A DNA stretch of 20,824 nucleotides from Pedosphaera sp. GTDB taxonomy: Bacteria > Verrucomicrobiota > Verrucomicrobiia > Limisphaerales > SIBH01. The translations under genes and the position numbers were made by a program. Positions 11,154 through 19,104 of the stretch are shown one piece after another (the stretch's first letter is position 1; every line of letters starts with the position of its first letter). The notes below the pieces were generated by a model, which ran no database searches, was not told where the DNA came from, and saw only the letters and a program-made list of their open reading frames with translations. Location of the stretch: positions 1-20,824 of the forward strand of contig JANOQV010000069.1 in NCBI GenBank assembly GCA_031414955.1, written 5' to 3'.

Positions 11154-12392
11154 GTGAGCCTTGTCCAAAACCGAAAACCCGCGCTGACGTTTATCTTCGT
11201 CACGCTGGTGCTGGACGTACTGGGCGTCGGACTAATCATTCCGAACCTGCCGTTGCTGGTGAAAAATTTCTCCGGCGGCAGCACCGCCGCCGCCTCGCAC
11301 ACGGTCGGCTGGCTCGCGTCGCTCTACTCGCTGATGCAGTTTGGGTTTGCGCCCCTGGTCGGCAGCCTGTCGGATCGTTTCGGCCGTCGGCCCGTGATTC
11401 TCACGGCCTTGCTCGGCTCGGGACTGGATTATTTCCTGATGGCTTTCGCGCCCAACCTCGGCTGGTTCTTCGTCGGGCGAATCATTTCCGGCATCACCGG
11501 GGCCAACATCACCGCCGCCAGCGCCTACATCGCGGACATCAGTCCGCCGGAGAAACGCGCGGCGAACTTCGGCCTCATCGGCGCGGCCTTCGGCATCGGA
11601 TTCATCGCCGGGCCGGCGCTGGGCGGCGTGCTGGGCGACCTGGACCCGACCCTGCGCCTGCCTTTCTTCGTGGCCGGCGGACTCACGCTGGTGAACTGGC
11701 TCTACGGTCTCTTCGTCCTGCCCGAGTCGCTCCCGCCGCAACACCGACGCCAGTTCAGTTGGGCGCAATCCAATCCGGTCGGCTCCCTGCTCGCGCTGCG
11801 CCGTCATCCGGTCGCGTTTGGTCTGACTGGAACCTATTTCCTGATCAACGTTGCGCATCAGGCGCTGCCCAGCACCTGGGTGCTCTACACGGGCGAGCGC
11901 TAGCAGTGGACCAGTCGCCAGGTTGGCATCTCGCTCGCCATCGTGGGACTCATGGCCGGCATTGTGCAGGGCGGATTGACGCGCTTCATTGTGAAACGAT
12001 TTGGCGAAGCGCGCACCGCCCTCTTCGGCCTCTGCGTCGCCGTGCTCAATTTCGCCGCCTACGGATTCGCGACCGAGGGCTGGATGATCTACGTGATCCT
12101 GATCGTTGGATCGCTCGGCAGCGTGACCGGCCCGGCGGTGCAGGGATTGATCTCGCGCAATGTCGGCGCGGACGAGCAAGGCGGCGTGCAAGGTTCGCTC
12201 ACCAGCCTGATGGGCGTGGCCGGCATCATCGGCCCGCCCATCGCCACCACCTTGTTCGCCTACTTCATCCGCAAGGACTCGCTCGTTTACCTGCCCGGGG
12301 CCGCGTTCCTGTTCAGCTCCCTGCTGATGCTGCTGGCCATGCTGCTGGCACTGGTTTCCTTCAAACGCAATGCGGTCCACTTCACGCGCTGA
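11154..12392 (+). pseudogene. TetA-like (DHA1/TCR-Tet) MFS transporter interrupted by one in-frame TAG at 11901-11903
   Basis: 'FIFVTLVLDVLGVGLIIP', motif A 'GSLSDRFGRRPVIL', 'GRIISGITGA', motif C '[10 protein letters not shown]'. The frame continues past the stop as 'WVLYTGER*QWTSRQVGISLAIVGL...EQGGVQGSLTSL..VAGIIGP...PGAAF'. Track ORFs 11043..11903 and 11943..12392 share one frame. GTG 11154 start inferred. Confidence 0.85.
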
Positions 12393-12543
12393 CCCTTGCG
12401 ATGCAAAACTCGTGAACTATTGTTCAGCCATCAACACCCAAGCCACCGAGGCCCAGAAAACGTCCGAGCGCGAACATCTTGTCCGCGCGAACAAGTCCTG
12501 CATCCGAAGGCACTCCTCCGAAGAAACCCGTCCGTTCCCGCGG

Positions 12544-15500
12544 GTGCTTCGTCTTGCGCTCCTCCTCGTCACGCTCGCGAGCCTCGGCTTCCGCCCGGCC
12601 CCGCCGCCGCCATTCCCGGACTTCGACCAGCGCCCCCGCCAGACCACGATCGACGCCGCGAAGCAAATTGCCGCCGCGGAACTTCAGGCCGCGCAGCCGG
12701 AATCACGGGTCGCCTTCGATGCCGTGACGCACAGCGCCGCTCATGTCACCGCACGGCGCGGATTCCTCAGTCAGACGGCACCAGCTTCGGCCAGGGGTGC
12801 CGCCGCGATGCCGACCAACCCTCACCGACCCACGCGCCAGTTTCTCAACCAGCACCGCGCACTCTTCGGCCACGGACCCGAGGCGCTGGACGAGTCCACG
12901 GTGAAACGTGACTTCGTGACCGCGCATAATGGCCTGCGCTCCGTGGTGTGGGAACAACGCCTCCACGACATCGCGGTCTTCGAGGGCGTGTTCATTGCAC
13001 ACACCACGGCGCGCGGAGAACTGGTCAGTGTTTCGAGCCGCTTCATCTCCGACCGCGCGCGCACCGCACTACGCGCCGAGGCCAATGCCGTCCGCCCCCA
13101 ACTCACCGCCAGCGAAGCCGTGCGCCGCGCCGCGCAAAACCTCGACGTACCGCTGATGCCGCGCGACCTCGCGGTGATCGAGAAGTCCGCCGCTCCGGCG
13201 CAGCGCCATCGCCTGCGCGCCGTCGGCCTGACCGGCGAGACGAGCGCCGAATTGATCTGGCTGCCGATGAGCGAACAGGAAGTCCGCCTTTGCTGGGACG
13301 TGATCCTGAAACCCAGTTCGCGCGCCGAAGTCTTCCGCGTGATCGTCGATGCGCAGTCCGGCACCGTGCTCCTGCGCCGTTGCCTGACCACTTATCTCAC
13401 CGATGCCACCTACCGTGTCTTCATCGGCGACAGCCCGACGCCGCTCTCGCCTGGTCACGCCACGCCGTTGACCACGCAGCCGCCGCTCGTCGCGCGTTCG
13501 CTCGTCACCTTGAGCGCGCTCGACACCAACGCCTCGCCCCACGGCTGGATCGACGACGGGGTCAACGAAACGCGCGGCAACAACGCCGACGCGCACCTGG
13601 ACCGCGACGGCAACGACGCGCCGGATCTGCCGCGTCCGCAAGGCTCGCCCTTCCGTGTCTTCGATTTCCCGCTCGATCTCGGGCAATCTCCTAACACGTA
13701 TGGCGATGCTGCCGTCACGCAGTTGTTTTACTGGAACAACTGGATGCACGACCGGCTCTACGAACTCGGCTTCACCGAGGCGGCGGGCAATTTCCAGTTG
13801 AACAACTTCGGGCGCGGCGGACTGGGCAACGATCCCGTGCAGGCCGACGCGCAGGACGGCGAGGGTTTTAACAATGCGAACTTCTTCACCCCGCCCGACG
13901 GCCAGAGTCCGCGCATGCAGATGTTCATCTTCCCCGGCCCGGAGCCGGATCGGGACGGTGATCTCGACGCCGAGGTCATTCTCCACGAGTACACGCACGG
14001 GCTGAGCAATCGCCGCGTGGGAGGCGGCGTCGGCATCTCGGCCCTGCAAACCGCTGGCATGGGCGAGGGCTGGTCGGACTTTTACGCGCTGGCCCTGTTG
14101 AGCGAACCGGCGGACGACGTGAACGGCAACTACGCCGCCGCCGGCTACCTCAGCTACCTCTTCCTCGGCCTGCAACAGAGCCATTACTTTGGCATCCGGC
14201 GTTTTCCCTACTCCACCGACATGGCGAAAAATCCGCTGACCTTTCGCGACCTCGATCCGGCCCAGGCCAACCCGCACATCGGCATCCCGCGCAGCCCGGT
14301 CTTCGGCGGCGTAAGCGCGAATGAAGTCCATGCCCAGGGCGAAGTCTGGTGCGTCGCGCTCTGGGAGGCGCGGGCGAATCTGATCAACAAGCACGGCTGG
14401 ACCAACGGCAATCAACTCATCCTACAGTTTGTGACCGACGGCATGAATCTCTCGCCGCCCAATCCCGATTTCCTCCAGGCGCGCGACGCCATCCTGCTCG
14501 CGGATGAGATCAACAGCGGCGGCTCGAATCGCGATGAACTGTGGAGCGCCTTCGCCAAGCGCGGGATGGGCGCGGACGCCACTTCGCCCGGCAGCCACAC
14601 CACGGCGGGGATTGTGGAGGCGTTCAACCTGCCGGACGATCTCGGCCTGCAACCGACGGCCGGATTTTCCGCGCGCGGACCGGTCGGTGGCCCGTTCACT
14701 CCGAACTCCACGACCTTCACGCTTCAAAACTTCGGCAGCAACGCGCTGGTCTGGAATGCGGGCGCGGCGGCGAACTGGTTGAACATCGTCCCCGGCGGCG
14801 GCTTCCTCGCCACGGGCGCGAACGCCAGTGTCACCGTCTCGCTCAACGCCAATGCCGCCGCGCGGCCCGCCGGCCTCTACAACGACACGGTGCGCTTCAC
14901 CAACGTGAGCTCGGGCCGCGTGCAATTGCGCTCGTTCAAGCTGCGCGTCGGCCAGCCGGATTATTTTACCGAACAGTTCGAGGGTAATTTCGATCTGGCC
15001 TGGTCCTCGTTCACCTTCACGCCCGATGCGTCGGCCAGCTTCTATTCGATGTGCCGCGAGGCGGTGACGAATTTTCCGACCGATCCCGCCGGCGGCACGG
15101 TCCTCGCGCTGGGCGACGACACTTTTCTCCCGTTGACGATTCCCGGCACCAATCGCGTCTCCATTTACGGTCACGCCACCAACACGCTCGAAGTCGGCAG
15201 CAACGGCTACCTCACTTTCGGCCCCGGCGATTCGGACATGACCGAGACGCTCATCGATCATTTCAACCGGCGGCGCGTGACCGGCTTCTTCCGTGATTTG
15301 CATCCCGGCCAGGGCGGCTCGATCTCGTGGCGGCAGTTGGATGACCGGGTGGCCTTCACCTGGCTCAACGTCCCGGAGTTCGACCTCGTGAACAGCAACA
15401 GCTTTCAGATCGAACTGTTCTTCGATGGGCGCATTCGCCTGAGCTACTTGAAGGTCGATGCGACCTTCGGACTCGCGGGACTGTCGCAAGGACTTGGACT

Positions 15501-16674
15501 CCCGGCGGGCTTTGATGAAAGCGACTTGAGCAGCTCCGCCTCCTGTAGCTTCTCGTTGAGCATCGCCACGCCGCCCACGCTGACGGAGGGTAACGGACTG
15601 TTGATCAACGCCGGGCAGGTGTTCATGCCGACGGCGCGCGCGACCAACCTGACCGTGACTCTCTCCTCGAGCAACACCGCCGCAGTGATTGTGCCCGCGA
15701 GCGTGGAGATTCCCGCCGGCCAGACCAACGCCTTCTTCGACATCACCGTGGTGGATGATGCGTTTCTCGACGGAACACAAACCGGCGTCATCACCGCCAC
15801 GGCGCCCGACATCGATCCCGGCACACGCCTCGTCTTCGTGCATGACAACGAGACCGCCGTGCTCGGACTGCTGGCCCCGGCGTTCGTGAGCGAAGGCCAC
15901 GGAGCCACGCAGGGCATCGTCGCGGTCTTCGGAACCGTCGGCGCCGACACCACAGTTCAGCTCGCTTCAGACAACACCTCGGAATTGATCGTGCCCGCCA
16001 CGGTCGTCATTCCCGCCGGCCAGATTGCCGCCGCCTTCACCATCACCATCGTGGACGACACGGAGATGGATGGCGCGCAACTCGCCAGCATCACCGCCTC
16101 GGTCGCGAACTGGACGCCGGCTACCGTCACCGTCATCGTGAGCGACAACGAATCCAACGCGCTCCTGTTGTCCTTCATTGCGCCGCAAATTCTGGAGAGC
16201 GTCGGCGTGCAGCCGAACTGGGGCGCGGTAATTCTCGCCGGCACGTTGCCCACCAACCTCGTGGTCGCGCTCGGCTCCAGCGACACCACGGAATTGATCG
16301 TACCCTCGACTGTGACCATTCCCGCCGGTCAACTGGCCGCCGCGTTCAACGTCGCCGTCCTCAACGACTCGCTGGTGGATGGAACCCAACTCGTCACCGT
16401 GACTGCTACCGCGCCCGGTCTGCAAAGCGCCAGCAACAGCGTGTCCGTGCTGGACGATGAAACCCCGCCGCGCCTTTCGATTTTCCAGACCAGTCACCAG
16501 GCGGTACTTTCGTGGACGACCGTGGCGGGAAACATTTATCAGTTGGAAACCAAACGTGAGTTGAGCGGTGCCTGGACGAATGCCGGCCCGTTGCGGCCAG
16601 CCCTGGGGGAGTTACTCTCGGTCACCAACCCCCTCTCGCCGACCCAGCAGTTCTATCGCGTGGTGGTTCCCTGA
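12544..16674 (+). CDS. Secreted multidomain M36 (fungalysin-like) zinc metallopeptidase
   Basis: Catalytic HEYTH (13984-13998) and 'GMGEGWSD' third ligand (E at 14065); 'TQLFYWNNWMHDRLYELGFTEAAGNFQ..NFG', 'NNANF.TPPDG..PRMQMF', 'VHAQGEVW', 'FLQARDAIL', 'WSAFAKRGMG'. Signal-like 'MLRLALLLVTLASLG' follows GTG 12544. The start is uncertain: the frame is open from 12370, with another GTG at 12412. Confidence 0.9.
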   Translation: MLRLALLLVTLASLGFRPAPPPPFPDFDQRPRQTTIDAAKQIAAAELQAAQPESRVAFDAVTHSAAHVTARRGFLSQTAPASARGAAAMPTNPHRPTRQFLNQHRALFGHGPEALDESTVKRDFVTAHNGLRSVVWEQRLHDIAVFEGVFIAHTTARGELVSVSSRFISDRARTALRAEANAVRPQLTASEAVRRAAQNLDVPLMPRDLAVIEKSAAPAQRHRLRAVGLTGETSAELIWLPMSEQEVRLCWDVILKPSSRAEVFRVIVDAQSGTVLLRRCLTTYLTDATYRVFIGDSPTPLSPGHATPLTTQPPLVARSLVTLSALDTNASPHGWIDDGVNETRGNNADAHLDRDGNDAPDLPRPQGSPFRVFDFPLDLGQSPNTYGDAAVTQLFYWNNWMHDRLYELGFTEAAGNFQLNNFGRGGLGNDPVQADAQDGEGFNNANFFTPPDGQSPRMQMFIFPGPEPDRDGDLDAEVILHEYTHGLSNRRVGGGVGISALQTAGMGEGWSDFYALALLSEPADDVNGNYAAAGYLSYLFLGLQQSHYFGIRRFPYSTDMAKNPLTFRDLDPAQANPHIGIPRSPVFGGVSANEVHAQGEVWCVALWEARANLINKHGWTNGNQLILQFVTDGMNLSPPNPDFLQARDAILLADEINSGGSNRDELWSAFAKRGMGADATSPGSHTTAGIVEAFNLPDDLGLQPTAGFSARGPVGGPFTPNSTTFTLQNFGSNALVWNAGAAANWLNIVPGGGFLATGANASVTVSLNANAAARPAGLYNDTVRFTNVSSGRVQLRSFKLRVGQPDYFTEQFEGNFDLAWSSFTFTPDASASFYSMCREAVTNFPTDPAGGTVLALGDDTFLPLTIPGTNRVSIYGHATNTLEVGSNGYLTFGPGDSDMTETLIDHFNRRRVTGFFRDLHPGQGGSISWRQLDDRVAFTWLNVPEFDLVNSNSFQIELFFDGRIRLSYLKVDATFGLAGLSQGLGLPAGFDESDLSSSASCSFSLSIATPPTLTEGNGLLINAGQVFMPTARATNLTVTLSSSNTAAVIVPASVEIPAGQTNAFFDITVVDDAFLDGTQTGVITATAPDIDPGTRLVFVHDNETAVLGLLAPAFVSEGHGATQGIVAVFGTVGADTTVQLASDNTSELIVPATVVIPAGQIAAAFTITIVDDTEMDGAQLASITASVANWTPATVTVIVSDNESNALLLSFIAPQILESVGVQPNWGAVILAGTLPTNLVVALGSSDTTELIVPSTVTIPAGQLAAAFNVAVLNDSLVDGTQLVTVTATAPGLQSASNSVSVLDDETPPRLSIFQTSHQAVLSWTTVAGNIYQLETKRELSGAWTNAGPLRPALGELLSVTNPLSPTQQFYRVVVP
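15550..16464 (+). repeat. Three tandem ~100-aa beta-rich (Calx-beta-like) repeats inside the M36 protease
   Basis: 'IVPASVEIPAGQ..DDAFLDGTQ', 'IVPATVVIPAGQ..DDTEMDGAQ', 'IVPSTVTIPAGQ..NDSLVDGTQ'. DNA ATTCCCGCCGG recurs at 15709, 16009 and 16318 (spacing 300 and 309 nt). Boundaries approximate. Confidence 0.85.
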
Positions 16675-16904
16675 ACCGTGCGCGTCGGCGGAGTTTGCCC
16701 GAACCTGCTGGCTGCTTTCAAAACGTGGTGAGCCGCAGGCGTAAAAACGGGCGGAGCTGCTTTGGCGAAATCCGGGAGGGCGTGATGACAGTCCGAACGG
16801 CGCCGGCTCCGGGCCGATTTCTCCATCTCTCCAGACTCAAACAGGGGGCGACTTCGGGCGTTGCTTCGTTCGAGGTTGATGGCCAGGCGAATCCACGGAT
16901 GCGC

Positions 16905-17408
16905 CTAGCCGAGATAGACTTCGACGTATCTTCTCGCCGCCACGCTTTCCCGCAGGCCGCGTTTGATCGTCGCGGCATCCAGCGTCTCATCGATCTTGAT
17001 GCGTAGGCCGCCATACGTCTTGGAGCCGAACTGAAGACGAAATTTGGCGTGAGTGACCTCGCCGTCCGGGCCGGTAATCGGGCCTTCCCGGTCGATTCGC
17101 TTGGCCCGGTTCTGGCCCAGTTTGAAAACACAATCGTGCGTCTTGTTCGCCTCCGCGCCGGACACCGAATTCAGATCCCATTTGTCGATCAACTGCCCGA
17201 CCTCATCCATGTCCTTGCCCACCGTGTCCATTTGGTTGCTGTCCTGGATCGTGCGCGTTTGCGAAGCAGGCGCGACTACCGGCGTTGCGGCGGCCGTCAG
17301 TGCTCCGGCCGTGTTGCAGCGCGGACAAAACTTCTGGCCGGCGGAGCCAAGCGAGAAAGCGGCTCCGCCCGAGGAACAAGCGGCGTTACTGCAAGTGTAG
17401 TAGGGCAT
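16905..17408 (-). CDS. Hypothetical 167-aa protein: N-terminal zinc ribbon, Ala/Pro linker, unknown C-terminal domain
   Basis: ATG at 17408 preceded on the minus strand by GGAGAGGA; 'YTCSNAAC-x16-CPRC'; globular-looking C-terminal region; TAG stop at 16905-16907. Confidence 0.75.
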   Translation of the reverse strand: MPYYTCSNAACSSGGAAFSLGSAGQKFCPRCNTAGALTAAATPVVAPASQTRTIQDSNQMDTVGKDMDEVGQLIDKWDLNSVSGAEANKTHDCVFKLGQNRAKRIDREGPITGPDGEVTHAKFRLQFGSKTYGGLRIKIDETLDAATIKRGLRESVAARRYVEVYLG

Positions 17409-17572
17409 ATTTTGAATTCCTCTCCATTCGTGAACCGCGAACCTGTCAGAACAGGTCTTCGTACTCTGCCAGCGCAGTATCTTTTCCATCCTCCGAGGCC
17501 ATGAGGCAATAATTTTACGGGTTGTTTCTCATGCCGCGCCCAGACGCGACTCGGGTCGTTTGCCAACAGGCT

Positions 17573-18118
17573 TCAAGCAATCGAGGCCATCCGTCGGAAA
17601 CCCGCCGCCACCAGCCAGGGACGCAACTTTGGCTGCCAGACTTTGTCCACGAAATGCCTTTGGCCGGGGGTCATCCGGCCGCCGGGCAGGTTCGCGACCG
17701 GGGTGCGTCCCGGTTGATAGCGGCGCTTCACCTGATGCAGGCCGCGAGAATTTTTGCGGAGGTAATGGTCAATCCCATCGAAGAGGAATCTCGGCGGCAG
17801 GAGCAAGATTGGGGCGGCCCCGGGGCCAGACGGCGCGGCCTGGCTCTGGGCCAGGTTCAACTGGAGCGGACGCAGCGCGGCCTCGATCTGAAGATTGATC
17901 GGCGGCAGCACTGGAGCCGCACTCAGTCGGGCCGGCGCGGGCCGGGCGCAAAAAATTTCGTAAAGAGCCACCGCCCTGGGAGTGGTCGGAAACTGCCGGT
18001 ATTCCTGCACCAGAAAAATAAAGAGCAGATCGATTTGAACCGCGCGCACGCCGTGGTCCAACAGATCGATCAACTCCTGGCCGCCGCGGCTGAAGTAATC
18101 GTCGAGGTCAATGGGCAC
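17573..18118 (-). CDS. Hypothetical 181-aa protein with RGS-domain-like motif pattern
   Basis: GTG start at 18118; 'DLLFIFLVQEYRQ', 'AVALYEIFCARPAPARLS', 'PPRFLFD'. The overlapping plus-strand ORFs read as low-information shadows. Coding status is more certain than the RGS call. Confidence 0.7.
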   Translation of the reverse strand: MPIDLDDYFSRGGQELIDLLDHGVRAVQIDLLFIFLVQEYRQFPTTPRAVALYEIFCARPAPARLSAAPVLPPINLQIEAALRPLQLNLAQSQAAPSGPGAAPILLLPPRFLFDGIDHYLRKNSRGLHQVKRRYQPGRTPVANLPGGRMTPGQRHFVDKVWQPKLRPWLVAAGFRRMASIA

Positions 18119-18234
18119 GGGAAAAGTTTAGCGAAGCCGGCCGGTGGGGCAACGACCGACGCGTGGCGATTTTTCACCTGCTTCTTGATGGCGGCGGCCG
18201 GCCGGGCATGGCACAAACAGCCGCACCAGCATCC

Positions 18235-19104
18235 ATGAGCCATATCGTGCCAGACCAGAATGCCGCGCCACCGCGCCGGGTGATCGGCCCTCCTCTTTCC
18301 CAGAAGCGTTGTGCCTGGTGCGCCACCCGGCTGGATATTCATCAGGCTGCGCGCGGCCCGACTTGTGGCAAGCCGGCCTGCCGCCAGAAGCAGGCCGTGG
18401 CGGCGGCGGCGCAGCGTCAACAGGAGGAAGTGGCTGATGCGTGGCGAGCCGCGGTGGAGTTTCGCGCGCGGGTGGCTCCAGCCCTGGGCGTGGCCGAGCC
18501 GCAGTCCCTGACCCTGGCCCTCGTGCCGCATTTCCAACGCGCGGTGGTCAAACTCCCGCGGCCGCGCCGGGCGGAATTCCGCGCCCATCTGCTTCGTGTG
18601 GTGCGACAGGCCTTCGAGGAAAAGCTGGATGAGGCCAGTGTGGCGGCTCTGGCTGAGGAACTTGGCCAAGCGGTGCCGCCGCCGCCCGCCTTCCCCGAAG
18701 CGGGCGCGGCCTGCGCCACTTGTCGCGGCCACTGTTGTCGCAACGGCGGCACGCACGCCTATCTGAATGCCACCGTCCTGCGCAGCTTTCTCGCCCGCCA
18801 CGCCGGGCTGCGCTGGCGGGAAGTGGTCCGCATCTACTGGGAAAAACTGCCCGACCAGTCCTTTGATTACTCGTGCGTCTATCACGGCCGGGGTGGATGT
18901 GGTTTGCCGAGGGAGATGCGCTCCGGCATCTGCAACCAGTATCTTTGCGCCGGTCTGAAAGAATTGCGCGAAACTCTCGCCGCCTCCGGGCCTGGTCCCG
19001 TGCTGGTCGTGGCCGCGAGGGGCGAGGCAATCGGCCGGTCCGTCCTGATCAGCCGGGCCGGCAGCAGGTTGCGCGTGCGAAAAATCCCGAAGCCCAAACC
19101 ATGA
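18235..19104 (+). CDS. Cys-rich protein: N-terminal zinc finger plus YkgJ/CxxCxxCC-like metal (Zn or Fe-S) cluster domain
   Basis: N-terminal C-x2-C-x14-C-x4-C ('CAWC...CGKPAC'); 'CATCRGHCC' (18712-18738); 'CVYHGRGGC...R..ICNQYLC' (18874-18948). Alternative ATG at 18208. Stop overlaps the next start (ATGA 19101-19104). Confidence 0.8.
   Translation: MSHIVPDQNAAPPRRVIGPPLSQKRCAWCATRLDIHQAARGPTCGKPACRQKQAVAAAAQRQQEEVADAWRAAVEFRARVAPALGVAEPQSLTLALVPHFQRAVVKLPRPRRAEFRAHLLRVVRQAFEEKLDEASVAALAEELGQAVPPPPAFPEAGAACATCRGHCCRNGGTHAYLNATVLRSFLARHAGLRWREVVRIYWEKLPDQSFDYSCVYHGRGGCGLPREMRSGICNQYLCAGLKELRETLAASGPGPVLVVAARGEAIGRSVLISRAGSRLRVRKIPKPKP

Noticed and set aside
11901..11903. Pyrrolysine or genetic-code reassignment of TAG
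   Set aside because: tssC and hcp end at TAG at their expected C-termini, no pyl genes are in the window, and a Tyr-to-stop point change is simpler.
11006..12415. 469-aa plus-strand ORF that spans the MFS amber codon in another frame
   Set aside because: Arg/Gly/Pro-rich off-frame translation. The MFS motifs on both sides of the stop lie in one other frame, so no frameshift is needed.
16695..17131. ORFs 16695..17006 (+) and 16718..17131 (-) as an immunity gene
   Set aside because: Both overlap the better-supported 16905..17408 gene and lack an RBS or protein-like composition.
18209..18252. Two TGGCAC motifs (plus strand 18209, minus strand 18252) near the divergent gap as sigma-54 promoters
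   Set aside because: Neither has GC at the required 10-nt spacing.
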